The notes: generated by a model from the sequence alone, not told the origin. A stretch of DNA of 64,000 nucleotides from Phoronis australis (GCA_002633005.1 NMRA01000208.1:103504-167503), one strand, 5' to 3'. Positions 25,490 through 39,359 are shown, counted from the stretch's first letter. Program-made: numbers and translations.

Positions 25490-26689
25490 ACCCAGGAGAC
25501 AGACGACAATCACAAATGAACCCCTATAGTGCCGTACAAGTAAGGACCGAATAGATGCCACTCTCATGGGCGGCGCACCACAGGGCGGCTGGGGGCTATA
25601 GCCGCTCATAACTCTTATGTTTTATTAGGTTAGCTATTTTCGCGGACGTGGACACTTAAACGATCAGGGGAAGATGGATGGGCGGCTTTTGACAAACAGC
25701 TTTACTTGAGATGAAGCAAGCTTAGTGTATATTTTTTGTTAAAGGAATACTTTCAACTTATTATCCTATCGTTGATGAGAAGGTCTAATCATCACGTACG
25801 CCATGACATTTTTTGTATAACATCCGTCCATACGCCTCTGTTTCCGGGGGTAAGTCTATATGTGCACTTGTTGAGAAAGACCAAAAGAGACAATTTTCAA
25901 AATACTTCTCTCGGGGGGCTACTTTCACATATTCCCAGTTTTCATCCAAAACGCAAGAGTGTTAGCGATGCTGTTGATGCAATAATAAAGAGCACAGCTG
26001 GTTTCTATTGACAATAGTGCTGTGCTTCAAATACATTACTCCCTGTGGACTATTAAACATGACAATCCATAGCCAGTGAGTTTGAGTTATGGCATCGTTA
26101 ATAATGTAGAGTGGTTCGAATAACAGAGCGCCCTCGTTATTTCATATTTTCAATAAAAGAGGAATCATGACCTGTACTTTGTGCGTCTGAAGGTGTGTTT
26201 GTGCGTGAGCGAGAGCGCGTACGTTTCGTAGATCTTTACTGGCTAATGCGGTCCCGGAAAAGGAAGTCCAATGCGCAACCAATGATTGATCTTCAAAGAT
26301 CATTTCTCACGTAATGAATTTCCTTCTGTGAGCTTACTTCTCAAAGAACTCAATGCCTTGTGGACAAATTCTTCAGAAAATTATAGCTTCTCGGCTAATA
26401 TGTCATCTTTAACGAGGTGCCTTATTTCTAATTCTATTATAGCGGATATTGGCTCAATCGCCATACGCCTTAGTACGTTTATTCATAATCTCATCTATGA
26501 TAGCTAACGTAAAGACGTGATCAATGTTCTGATAAATAATCTGGCTTGTGTTATTAATTATACCCATGTTTTCAACAGAAAAACAACGACATACTTGATG
26601 TCAAGTCTGCGTTTGATGAGACAGTCACTTTTGTTTAAGAATCTGACTGAGGGACAGTAACGACTAGCTGATATTTTTCTGATACTCAA

Positions 26690-26889
26690 CGAGGTCTCAG
26701 CTGGCACCGGGTTGACGTAATAATACATCTGAGATTCAACAGACCACTCCCATACAGGGACTCTCCTTTCAAAGGTATCAAAGGGGCATTATCGGCGAGA
26801 AGAATATTTTTTTAATCAGCCTCAACGCGGAACTGGACGTACACCCCCGCGGTCGTAGTCCAACGCACTGCCAACGGAGCTAAACTCCG
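26690..26889 (-). mobile_element. tRNA-derived SINE head or tRNA pseudogene (degenerate)
   Basis: The minus strand reads GGAGTTTAGCTCCGTTGGCAGTGCGTTGGACTACGACCGCGGGGGTGTACGTCCAGTTCCG. The A box/D arm is recognisable, the B box is decayed and no cloverleaf closes. Confidence 0.45.
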
Positions 26890-29319
26890 TTCGATAAATA
26901 GCATGCGCGCACCCAGCCTTTGATATGGGGGACTCGAATTTCTGGCGATGTGGACCTTTTGCTGACAAAAAAGCTCGAGGACTAAAAAAAGAACGGGGTA
27001 CCACCTTCACTGTGCGTCTGTGCCTTTTCAGTGGACTTTTGTCTCGTTTTCTCGGACGTTTTATTTCTCTGAGGAGGACCTTTTTGCCCACTTCGCCAAA
27101 TAGGGGGCTCGTTCGAGTCCCCCAAGCCCCCTTGNGGCTAGAATTTGCGATTTGCATTTTTCGGCCGTAAAACTGATAATGACCCATAAAGAAAACGGGC
27201 ATGGCTTTCCCAGTTCTCAAGAGTTTTGTAAACTCCGTGATTAAAGAGTTCCAATGTCTCCTGTCGGTGTGTAGCAAACCATTGAGGAGCAGGAATATCA
27301 CGTGTCATGTCAATACCTGAGCAGCAACAACTTAAGCTGCATTTCACCCGTTAAAAACGAAAAAGGAATTTGTTTTTTTAATCTCATCAAAGTGTTCTGT
27401 TAATAATCCTTTCCGTGATAGGATTCTACTTCCGTTGCTGCAGAGTTTGGAATACAATGTCGATATGTTTATTACTTTGCACTATTTTGGTGAAGCCTTC
27501 ACTTGAACGTGGTCTGGCTTCCGTTCCGTAGACGTGAGAACTCGCCAAAACGGAAGAGCACGCAAGATTTCGCGAGTTATTGACAAGCATCACAAGGAAA
27601 TCACGTGATCATACTAGCTTCCTTCGCGAGATTCTTGCATCTACGGAATTCAACCCAGGTGACACAATTACAGAAAAGTGCAACCTGTTTACTCTGTTAT
27701 ATTTCTCTGACCGTAGTTACGATAGAAGGAAAAATGTGACATGCGGGCATAAATTTTTCTCACGAGGTGCTAAGTAAATGATTTATCATGCATATTTTTA
27801 TTGCCCATCTTTCCAGAAATAATTATTGTACTATCTATTATATTTTTTGTTTCACTCTTATATGTTGTAACACTCTTTTGTAGAAATGAATTACCTTTAT
27901 TTTGGCAACCCACGTTCTCCTTTTTACCCCTGAAAACTAGCATGTGGCGCACGTTCATTTATTTATTAATATATAGGACTTTTGTAGATCGTGAACATTT
28001 TTATATGTATATGTACGTCGGTAAAGTTTCGGCCTATTATTGCTCAATCATTTCCATGGTTATGATAATGTTTCAATTTGTTCGAGCTTATTAAATTTGA
28101 AGTGGGCGTGTCCCAAAATATGTCATCTATGTATATCCAGCATTAGCCTTTGCCATCGGTGTCAATAAGCAACTTCAACTTCTTATGCAGTGCCATTACT
28201 TTCTGGTTTTCCGATAGATTTTAACTTCCAAAGATTGTCACAGTGAGGTTTGACTTCTGAATGTGAAACAAATCCCGAGCATTGTGGTCACTTAAACAAT
28301 AAAGTAGCCGCAGTACTTTGCCATATTGCTTGAAGTAGAAACGTGTATCGCTACCTCCGTTCGTCTTGTAACCAACAAACTCACAAGTACTTATAAAAAG
28401 TCCAGACAAACGTGGCATCTTCCACTGTTCAAAACGTTCAACTAATTTACGAAGGAACCTCGTTGCCCGCTAATGTGGTAATTGAACCCTGGCCGCCGGC
28501 AGGAGAACAATTACCACGGAGCGGAGCACTGAACGTGGCTAGGAAAATTTAGCACTCTTTACAAAGCATTCATGACGCATTGCAAAAGTTGTTGCCACGC
28601 AAATATATCAAGCGATATGGTGCGTGGTAAGTGTGATTGTGTGTATATTTCGCCGTGGGAAGTGTTTGTGCGAGATAAGAGTTCTTGCAGTGCGTGTGGC
28701 AAGGATTTCGTGGAGAGCTGTAACACTTCTCCTGCAAGTTGCGAGGGTCGTCTTCCCGAATTATAATTGCTTGAATTTTAAGCTTTGGGATCATTAGCGT
28801 GCACAGTTTGTTTAGTGATGCCCGGGACGATTTTTTATTGAATGCCCCTTTGTCCACTCAAATGCATGGACCCTGATGCTAGAGTAGCTAAAAACTGATT
28901 TCATCGTTTGATTGGAACTAATTCCAGTTTTGCATTTGATCAATAAATAATAAATACTGGATACGTAGCATTGATCGACATTTATTAACATCGAAAAATC
29001 AACTCAATACAAAGAATTAATCGTCATATCAAAATTAGATAGAGTTTCTGATAATGGCCGTACATGTACCAGCCAAGTCAGAAGTTCGTCAGATGCTCAC
29101 CACAACTTTGCAACTGGATCGCTCAATTATTGTCTACGGTGCGCTCAAAATTCAGGCTCACCGTGTGTTGCTTTGGTTGACCAGACGTTTCAAAAGTGTG
29201 TATTGCAGTGGCCATGATGCCAAGGCCAAGTTTCGGCACAGCCATGCAAACGTTGCATTTGTGGAGGAAATTACCATTCTTTCCCATTCTTTCCGGCAAA
29301 GAAACCACTTTTTAAAGAG

Positions 29320-30321
29320 AGAGCAGGTGGTGAACTTTTCTGCCTTCAGGGCCTCGATGATATGTTCTCAAGTAACTTTTGGTGGCCCTTGAGACATTAG
29401 TTGATAAGCATCGTAAAATTTTTTGTTAGAACCTGTCTCCCAATTGATCAGGGCCATTAGATCGCATACTTTGATGAAGTCGCCGTAGTCAGTGTCACAA
29501 GTATTGTTCTCCGACAACGCTGCGTCTCGGAAATCCAAAACTGCACCTTGTACGAACCATTAACTTTGATCACTACAGTGTTGTCCGGAGTCACAGCTCT
29601 TAACATCACGCTTGCTCTGTTGAGAACAGTTAACATGTCCACATATCTTGATCAAGATGTCAAGCCACTCCCGGTCGGTAAGTGGAGTACAACCACACCT
29701 TTCCATCTTGTAGTCGCTAAGCAGTTCGCGTAGTGTGTTCCCACTGTGGTTAGCATTTCCTGCGAAGTCAAACAAATTTCCCAACAGAAAGTGAATTGCA
29801 TTTTCCTCCGACGCAAAAAAACCTCGAAGTTGCGGACCGATTTCTTTCCTGTCGACAAACCGGAACACTTCAACCTCTCCACTGACCTCGTATAAAGATG
29901 GCACCTCTTTGCAAAATACTTTTAGAGCGTAGAACATCTGTTGTTGCTCAACTAGAAACATGCAGACATAACTTCCTCGATTAATGACGACGGGTTCTCC
30001 GTCACGATAAACGTAATTGTACGAGAAACTCATAGGATCGTGAACAACACACATACCAAAGTTTAGGCGGAAATGAGTCGTCACCCTTGGCTGCACTTTC
30101 GTATACGTTGCATCCCAAACTCTCCTCGTCAGGTGTGATGTCTCTACTAGGTTCTCGACTAGAACTCCAGCAATGTATATTATAGCAACGCATTGCTCTT
30201 TTTTGCTTCAGCAGTTGTTTGGCATTTTCAGAACGTCGCTCTTGGTAAACACGACATGATCGTTGCATCCTAACGCATCCTCGTACGGGATGATGTCTCG
30301 CAGTTCTGAGCTTTTACTCAT
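29320..30321 (-). pseudogene. Intronless protein-kinase-like pseudogene
   Basis: Across frameshifts: VINRGSYVCMFLV (Gly loop), YALKVF (VAxK), EVEVF (alphaC Glu), IGPQLRGFF, TLRELL, WLDILIKIC, VMLRAVTPDNTVV (catalytic-loop position) and VQF/LDFRDA (DFG position). Multiple stops and frameshifts. ATG at 30321. Confidence 0.75.
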
Positions 30322-33300
30322 AGCCTTGTTTTGTGAAGTCCTTTTTTTTAAATCACCAAAGCAACCAGGTCACAGTTTGTAATATTTTTGGAGTGTTCGT
30401 GAGTGCAAAAGTTTTGGGAAACCAGCAATGAATAAATTATACTGCGTTACCGGCTTCAGGTGCAATAAAACTAAATGACCGGGCACCTGAGGCCGTATGA
30501 GCGCATGCTAATGCAGTGCTTGCTGACAGAAAGCTGTTGTGAAACAATTAACTCGATTTTATATGCTATGATCAGACTTTATCGGAACCTTTATTTCGAT
30601 ATATATGTATATACATTATTCGAATCATAGTTATTGTACACCTTTTTCCCTGTACGGTTCTGTGGAAGGGGAAGCTGGCTTTTCGGCCCTCTATGCGTAA
30701 GTAGATTTGCTATTTTGCGGCGTTTTTACCAAAATATTCATGTGTACGTTATTTTTTGGTTCACTGGTCTAATCTTTTCGTGACTGAAAGTTTAATTTTC
30801 AACTCTGGCAGCCCACTAACCCGGCTGGTTTATAAGTGATGTCTCCAGTACGGCCGCCGACGACGGGCTTAATCTGGTTCCGAGCCAATTGGTAACAATT
30901 ACGAGCGTTTTGTGTGTTTAAAACTGAAAAAAATCGTAAGTCCAAATTTACAGCACACGACCATTCTCTCCGGTTTGTATTTTACGGAAGAATAATTCTA
31001 ATTTATCACCCGCCGAACAGATCCAAAGTTCCCGCGACCGACCTCGGTAAATTGGCCTACCCAACTGTGTAGGCTACGGTACGTACGTACGTTACGGATT
31101 TCTATAAATCCGTAACAGCGATATAAAAACAACTCGTTTGTTTAAAAACTCAATGTGTTCCTAAGGGTTTTGCATACAATTTTGATGATTTATTGGCGTA
31201 AAGTGATGAAGTCGAGCGATAAGCTGACACCAGTATGCGTGTTTGAACCTTTGACGTCATTAGTTACTTTCAGCACTTCCGTCTGCCGTCTGGTGTCAGG
31301 TAAAAGAACTGAACTTGCTGTTATTGAGTGGAACTACTCGATTAAAATTGATACAAAATACGTTGTTTTTGGTGGAATTCTCTTTTAAGACTTCTTTTTG
31401 GAAAACATTCCGCTTGTTCTATGATACCACTATTGCATTTTTTCAATTTCCGATTTTTAAGTTCAATTTCGGCATGTTTAGCTGCACAAAAGCGAAATTT
31501 GAAATAGGTCATTTTCTTGCAATATCCTTTATTGTGATACGATTCCATTTCCATAACAAACTCAAGTGAGAAGCAATGTGTGCTCGCGTCGTTTTGAAAT
31601 TAACAAATTTTTGGGTCCGCCAACCCCAATAATGTCCAAAGCAAATTCTTGTGTCGCTGCGGGTTTTCTATTGTTAACGGAAATGGAAACTGATCACGGA
31701 ATGTTATGAGATTGATTTTATTCGTGTAAAAAGTCTAATTCGATTTTAGTTTTTAGCTAAACAAGACAAAGTGCAGCATTAAACGTGGTGACTATGAACA
31801 CGTCACTAAATGAATTTTTTAGGTCGTATTTGTAAAATACAGTGCTAACTTCATGCTAGGTCTCAGTAGCTGCCATAAGGGGCCATGATGTTTAAATCCA
31901 AATTCATTTTTAACATACACCAAAGCATAAAAGTTTTAGATATTAAAATATTCAAAACTTTGGTGTCTTACTGGAAGCAGCCACACACAACGTATAGTAG
32001 TCAGTTTCTTCATCGCTTACTTTGGAAAACATGGCCTCCAAGTTGGGGGTTATTTTATGAGTATGAGGCACAGCTCAGGAACAATAGAAACACAGAGCTG
32101 GTTTAAACGTGTTCATTTGTAACAGTATAAATTGCCTCGAATGCAATAACAGTCACCCTCAATAAAAAAACACACGTGTAAGAGTTGCTTCGATTTGTCA
32201 CATATATATTTGATGTTTGCATATCATAATTTCACTAGATTTAATATGACATTATTGTCGAGAAAAAGCTTTATTTCTAAAATCAGCGCCAGTGCAGATT
32301 CGAACATGAAATTCACGCGTCGCATCCAAACTTCTGGCTGAGCTAAATAGCGCGTATTTCACAGGTAAAGTCTCAGAACCTTGATTTCAGCCAGTGTCTA
32401 GCAGACAGCGACAGGGGCTGGCGATTTGTAATAAAATCACAAAACACAACGGATATTTTTGCTTTATAGCTCCGGTCAAAGTTTGTAACTTTCAATAATC
32501 CGCACAACACAATAAGCCCAGTATGGCGTTAACGTAAAGTGTTCTGTGACCCGAGGTAGGTAAGGATTCAATTACCGTACCTTGCCCGTAGGATTCTACA
32601 CCCTCTTGGTTGTACGTGTAATTCTAAATTACTGAGCAATTCTATACAAAAATATTGGTGAGCTTGGCCTTACTTAATGCAACAGCCGCAGTGTCCTTTT
32701 ACATAAGGTTGTAAATCCTTCTCAAACTTTTATTGACAGGAAGTAACCCGTTAAAAGCTTACACTATTCAGCGATATGCGCCTGTAAACCCAATCGATGT
32801 GAGTATCCCGGCTATTAATATATTTTAAACGAAAATATACAAATAATCGTATTTATATATGTCTTATAAAACACATCGTTTAAGACATAATCCGAGCACA
32901 CAGTATGTGTCTAGTGAAAAAGAATATATAGATTTGGTTTTGAATATTGCCGTCAAGTTTTGTAGGTAATGACAAGGCAACTTACCGCATGTCAAGTCTT
33001 CGTTAATATAAGCGCAAATGTTTCCTGTTCTGGAGATATGATCGGGTTGCGACATTCAAAGCTGACACGTGACCACTCAGAGGTCGTTATAAACGTAAAT
33101 ATCGATTATTCCAAGTATGAGTCGCCATAACAACGAATCGTTATTGTCTTTTAGCTCGTGTAAGTCTTTCTGCGAAAACCAAGTGTTTTGAGTTTACATA
33201 TGTGCGGCGATTGCACTCAGGCCGGCTGATTGTGGAGCGCGCATGTTTAGCGGACAGACAGCGGAATGACATTAAGTAACTTTTTTTCAAACTGCTTTTG

Positions 33301-33469
33301 TCATCATGTTAAATAGGTGACGGTAACATTTACAAGACTGGTCATTAATTTTATCGATGAAGAAAATGAAAAGGCTCCGGAGAGCAGCACTGGTCGAAAT
33401 TGATTGCTAGGAACATTGTAAGCAATGATTAAGAGTATGGTCGATGTTGAAAATGAGATCATGGTATGC

Positions 33470-33602
33470 ACGATGACGACGACGAAGAAGAAGGCGAAAA
33501 TTCTCAAAGATGCGACTCAAAATTGAATGAATAGAATACTCATGATGCGAATGGTGATGATGACGACATGGATGGGTAGAATGGTGATGATGACGGATGA
33601 CG
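33470..33602. repeat. Degenerate (GAT/GAC/GAA)n low-complexity tract
   Basis: gatgacgacgacgaagaagaag...ggtgatgatgacg. Confidence 0.6.
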
Positions 33603-33889
33603 GATAACACATGTATCATAGCGCAAATTCGCCATCTTGCTTCCGGTATGGATCTAAGAAAATAGACTTCGAGCTTTTAACGAGTCACGTGATGTGCGCA
33701 AAAATGCAGCCTACCCCGGGCGAACATATAGATATCTTCTTAGGTCGACCAGCGTGGTAAAACATCAACTACAGTCATACATCACCCACAATCCTCTAAA
33801 ATTCTCCACACACAGTTAATCTTATTGAAGCCAGACCTCCCTCAAGCTAACACTTCCTCTGCCATTTTGGTGGAAAACCTCGCATTCTC

Positions 33890-34005
33890 AATCAGCGCCC
33901 TCCTCCAGAAAGTCATGAAGAAATTTGGAGTTCAACACGGCAAATACCAGTCTCATTCATTTACCATTGGCGCTACCACCGCAGCGAGCTGCAGTGGGTT
34001 GGACA
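33890..34005 (+). mobile_element. Tyrosine recombinase fragment (DIRS/Ngaro-type retroelement relic)
   Basis: SALLQKVMKKFGVQHGKYQSHSFTIGATTAASCSG matches the YR HSFRIGAAT motif, with the catalytic R changed to T. Confidence 0.75.
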
Positions 34006-34239
34006 TGATGTGCTGCAAGGTCTTCTATCGTCATAAGGGCATTCTTACATATCAAGAAGCACCCTGGTGGTACACATTGCGGGCCCCAATAGCATGTTTT
34101 GTCAAGGCAAAGGTGGGTTGCAATGCAATCAAATGTTCACCAAATTGTGAACTATGAACTGCATGGAAGACAAGCCCGTTATACTTGATCCCGCATTGTG
34201 TCGGCAATGACACTGGCAGTGGCAAGTCACTAAACAAGT

Positions 34240-34460
34240 AGAGCATAGTGGCAGCGTTTGTTGGTCCACACGTATAGTGCAGAGAGCATAGTGGCATAGT
34301 TTGTTGGTCCACACGGATAGTGCGGAGAGCATAATGACATAGTTTGTTGGTCCACACCGATAGTGCAGAGAGCATAGTGGCACAGTTTGTTGGTCCACAC
34401 GATAGTGTAGAGAGTATAGTGACATAGTTTGTTGGTCCACACGGATAGTGCAGAGACATA
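34240..34460. repeat. 43-bp minisatellite, about 5 units
   Basis: gagcatagtggcatagtttgttggtccacacggatagtgcaga repeated. Confidence 0.92.
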
Positions 34461-35206
34461 TTCTAGAAATTGTTGTGGAATTTCTGAGCGTGAAGATACA
34501 GGCCTGATCTCAGGCTATTTGTAATGATTTCTCTGCGACGAATAGTTCTTGGGACAGGGGTTGGCGGAGTTATTGTGAGAAAGTTGTCGAAGTGAGTTTT
34601 GATTTCGTTTATAGGATAGATGTAAGTCGAGCGGTTATGAATATTTTGGGGGAGTGCAGTGGCGGATTTAGAAGGGAAACATGGCCCCCTAAAATTTTCC
34701 CAGATTCCATGTGGCACTATGAGTTCGGGGGTGCGAATGTCTGACGGGCAAAATCCTGGCTGGCTAACATTCTGCCCTCATGGCTGGCCCCCCTAACTAA
34801 AATTCCAAGAGTGCATTCCAATGTGATTGCAATGTGAATTGCGAATTTTCTGGAAGAGAGGCTGAGTAATACTGAGAAATGTCTGAGAATAGTCGATAGT
34901 ATTTTTTGAGTTGCGGGCGTGTGTTGGGCTTTCTATAGCAATTAAAGATAGACAGATTATTGATTCTATGGATGACCCTGAATATGCATGTAAATACGGT
35001 AACATGTTGTTTTTGACGAGTTGCCCAGTTTAGTACGTCAAGTACCTTCGCTTTGCTGTAACCGCTATTGCACTATCGATGCGGCCGGGGTTCCACTTGG
35101 ACGCTGCGTTGCCTGAATTTGTTTTCCAGCTTTAACTGGATTGTCTACAAATTTTGTAAGAATCTGGGAGCAACTACCTCCTGCCTGCCCGCTGAATAAG
35201 TTCGAA

Positions 35207-35995
35207 TGAGTGATCATGTGATCAGAACATTATTGACCTGGGTCACTGACAAATAAACCCACTGAAAACTGAGGAAGTGTCGATGATGCACGAAGTTCTG
35301 TCTCAAATTACCAACAGGTTAGAAAGACGTGGTGATATCAAATGTCCTGAACACAGACCGTACTTGTTCCGAAAGTCTTTGGAATAGATTTCCTCGACAC
35401 TGGTTGATCTGGTTGAGGAGCATCAATGCTGTAATCTCCAATCTGGGGCAACGGATAGCCTTGACAAAGACCTAACGCGTGTATCAGCACCTTTCCATCG
35501 AGAGTCACGAATCCTGTGCTTCTCTATTGTCCTGTCATTTTCGTCAGAGACAATCAGGTCCGCACGGCGATCTGTGTTCAAGACATTTGATATCACCGCG
35601 TCTTTCAAACCTGTTGGCACTTTGAGGCAGAGCTTCGTGCCCCTATAAGGACAGAAAACCTAAGAAAATGACAGCTAATGTGGTCTACGGACTGCAGTGT
35701 GGAGAGTGCCCTGAAACTTGTGTAGGTGAAACTAAGCAGTCCTTTAAAGCACGGTTGTACCAACATCGTCGGCCTATAGTTACGGCGACACTTATGACTG
35801 CCGTATTTACCCACTGTTAGGAATCTGGTCACAGCTTTGACCTTGACAATGTACTAATCCTTGACAAAGAGAAAAATCGGTTTCAACAGAAATTCAAGGA
35901 GTGTATATATGAAAGAACTGAAAATCCATCTTTGAACCAAAGAGGATACTCAAGATCAGTTCAACCTATCGCACACCTGGGACAGTATTCTGACT
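35207..35995 (+). mobile_element. Penelope-like retroelement 3' relic (RT thumb/linker plus GIY-YIG endonuclease)
   Basis: VIRTLL near 35218, FKPVGTLRQ at 35604, then NVVYGLQCGECPETCVGETKQSFKARLYQHRRP, AVFTHC*ESGHSFDLDNVLILDKEKNRFQQKFKECIYERTENPSLNQRG and NLSHTWDSIL. Frameshifted. Confidence 0.88.
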
Positions 35996-37215
35996 AAAGT
36001 TACCCGCCGTTTTACTCAATTGCGACCTAATCCACCAGATCTTGCAGGCTTGGAAAACCCAACAGACGCTGGCGAAACGCTGTACTTTTACCTCAACGGT
36101 AAGTTCACTAACGATTCATAATTTTCTGCATAGTATACTCGTACTTTGAGTTATAAGATACATCGATCTATTAACAAATCTTTCCCGGGTCGATGAAAAT
36201 CGCCCACTTAAGTTGAAAGTAAATCAGTGTCAAGGTGCGCGACCTCGAAGACTCTATACGAGCAACGGAGGTACCACGTCAGAAATCCCCAATAAGGTAA
36301 TGACCTGTCCTTGACCGACGATAAGATGAAAACCCAGATAACGAAAACAGGCAATCTCAGAGCCATAACTAAAGCGATTCTTATTGCGGTCGCCAGCGCA
36401 TTGCATTGATAGAAGATCTCGAAAGTTTGGCAGAAGATAATGTCAATACGGGAAATTTTCTTGACGTTTTGCAACTGTTGAGTATACCTATGATGAAATA
36501 TTTGCGGCACCAGAAAGTGAAAAATGCCATGTAGTCTTCACCTTAAATACAAAATGAAGTTATCGAATTCATTAGATGGAACACAATAAAAAGATTCTAA
36601 ACCCTGTTTCGACGAATCTTCGTTTTGTCACGTGATAATGCATCATTGGTATCAAATGAATCTTGAAAGTTAAACACAGGAATCAATTAAAAATTTATAC
36701 TCCTTATGTCACAACGTTTGAGAAGATAAATCCCAGGAAGATAAAATTTGAAAGCCAATCAACCTAGTGTGTATCTCGTCGTTTCAATGCGCATGCGCAA
36801 TGTTGAACTGAAAATGGAATTGACAACATCTACATTGAGATAACTGAACTTGTTGCGTTTGAATTCCTTGACATTTATTTATTGAAAACTTATTGCGTCA
36901 CCCAGTTTAGCTCCTTAGGGGCGCTCCCGGAAAAGGTACAGAGTCGATCGTTGCCAGTTTTTGCGAAATATCATCAAAAAGTCCACTGTTTTAGAAATTC
37001 GAATCTACCGTTGCGCAATCCTGGCTACGGGCCTGCATCAGGACATATGGACCTTTGGAGACCTCGTTGTGCGTATAATACTTTGTGACGTAGGCTGTAA
37101 AAATTTCATCAAGACACTTTAATTCAATTAACTTGCTGAACTGTAAAATAATCTCAAAATATTTTCCGACTTAGATGAAAAATGATTTATGGACTTGAAA
37201 AAGAATCCGTTTGAG

Positions 37216-37330
37216 GCAGTACTCTGTGCATAAGACGATAGCCCGTACTCTATACATAAAACGACAGAAGACGACAGCCCGCACTATGTACATAAAACGA
37301 CAGCCCGTACTTTGTACATAAAACGGCAGG
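37216..37330. repeat. Short tandem repeat of about 28 bp (cagcccgtactctgtacataaaacga-like), about 4 units
   Basis: Direct inspection; the units are imperfect. Confidence 0.7.
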
Positions 37331-37986
37331 CCACAACAACCACACTCGCTAAGTCTGTCAATTATTTCTAAAGCCTAGAAATCACTTCCAATTTGACTAC
37401 AAAATAACTCCATGTCGAGACCAACTTCATAACTGTGGAGTGGCCTAAACCAGTGTAGCGGAAGGTAAAACCACATAAACAATCAACTAATGTAGTAGGT
37501 TGAAAACAAAACGATGACCACCTGTCTCACATGCTGTACTCGCAAGAGTGATAACAACAGTCGGCTATGGTTGACCACACGGAAACTACTCACCCAGTAA
37601 CAAGTACTCTTAAAAATAGAGCACTCGGCAAATACAGGGCTTACTGCCAGTATTGAACAATGAACAGCAATGCACTTGTTGGTTAAGTCATTTAGACAGA
37701 GCGCTCGTGCCTCACTACATAGCAACTTACAGCTTTCAATACAAATAATATATATACAGTAGTAGTCTACACTAGCTTTCATAAAGATCGAACCAAACGT
37801 CCACCTGTAAACTACTATGAAGGAAAAGACAGCACTGCTCTTTTGTTAACAGTGTTTAAATTCGTCATCTCTACAAAACAGTTGTTTGAATTGTGACAAC
37901 ATCGCTTTATGAAGATTTGGCGATAGCTTGTGCAGTGGTAGAGACCATGGACCATTGAAAGTAGACTTCTTAGCAACAAAAAAATC

Positions 37987-37992
37987 TTTATT
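37987..37992 (-). terminator. Candidate spartin polyadenylation signal AATAAA
   Basis: tttatt on the + strand, about 1.1 kb downstream of the spartin stop, with a T-rich tract after it on the minus strand. Confidence 0.45.
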
Positions 37993-39099
37993 GTTCATGT
38001 GCCAAAGAAACAATGGAACATATTAGGTAAGTCAAGTTCAGCATTGCCAGGCAGCACAACAGTAACACAATGGTAGTTTAATACTTGCATGTAGTAATTC
38101 TAAACTAAGGACTAGGGGACACTTCCTTGATAACAAGTTTGTTTATCAGATGTAGCACAACGTTAGGAGAATTCTTCTCCAATGGCACTCCCTAACTCAA
38201 TCCTATCACAAATACTCCTTACATATAACATAAACTAAGAAAACAATAACCAACAGTCAGTTCTTGTAGTACGCCTGAACACAGCCATTTTGTTATCAAC
38301 CTTGGCAACTAATTAGTTAAATCATTGTGAATTCATAATCATTGTTGATCCATTCGTTAATAAGCCATCATTGTATTGTGAAGCCTTACTGTAGCTTTGT
38401 GACTGACACTACAGTGTAATCCATTCATTACAGTTGACATCAGACAGTTTTTGAATGACACACTGCTTAGCATAATGACTGGTTAGTTAGTATTTACACT
38501 TGGGAAACAGAATTGGATCATGCAATACACAATACTGTTAGAGCCTCATGCAAATAAAACTACAGACCGAATACACCAAGGTGAAGATTGCCCACAATTA
38601 ATTTGAGTTACTCCAGTTTCTGAAGTTTGCAACTTCAAATTGATTTAATTGGGGCAAACAAGACTCTGCAAGATTGCGAGAAATTGCCATACACTACAGG
38701 CAAAGCTTGTGACTAGCTTTACTGTTAAAATTTGATGTCTAGGGAGCTTTCCAAACGTATCCAAGTTTACACTGATGTCAAAGGATGTTTACACATCAAC
38801 CATCATCTCACAATACATTGACAGCAGTGTTGTAGACGAAGTCCTCAGAATAGAACAAGAGAAGCCAAACCAAAAACATCTTGACAAAGTTTTGGTTGTT
38901 GAAAAGATAGGGAGAGACTTGATCAACATCAGGGTAGCGAGATCAGAACTATCAGTGAAACAGAAAAAATATGAAAAGATAAACATGTGGACTGCTTACA
39001 TGAATGTTTACATTGTGCACATACTTATACGTATAACTGTAATGCAATACTTTAGCCAGTGATACTACTTAAAGACATCTGTACAAATTCTGTCCCACT

Positions 39100-39316
39100 T
39101 CACTTGGTGTTGAATTGTTCCATCTCCTTTTTCTCCAGTTCACCAGTCTTGTCCACCATAGACGATTCCTCTTCTAGAAGCGCTGCCCCAGTGTCCTTGG
39201 CTGCCCGTTTGACCACTGCCCTGAGGCCAAGGTTCTTCACGTTGTAACCAGTCATGGTGATATTACCAACGGAGAATAGAGCATGCTCAGTCAGGTGACC
39301 AGCATCTTTACCATAT
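39100..39316 (-). CDS. SPG20: Spartin coding exon 6 (last; senescence domain C-terminus)
   Basis: Acceptor ttgttgttctgtag|A completes AA+A (Lys). YGKDAGHLTEHALFSVGNITMTGYNVKNLGLRAVVKRAAKDTG resembles the spartin C-terminus. Stop at 39100-39102. Confidence 0.92.
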
Positions 39317-39359
39317 CTACAGAACAACAAATGAAAAAGCATTACATAAATTAAGACCA

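Noticed and set aside
26822-26889. Functional tRNA gene
   Set aside because: The T arm/B box and acceptor stem are degenerate. It is treated as a SINE head or pseudogene.
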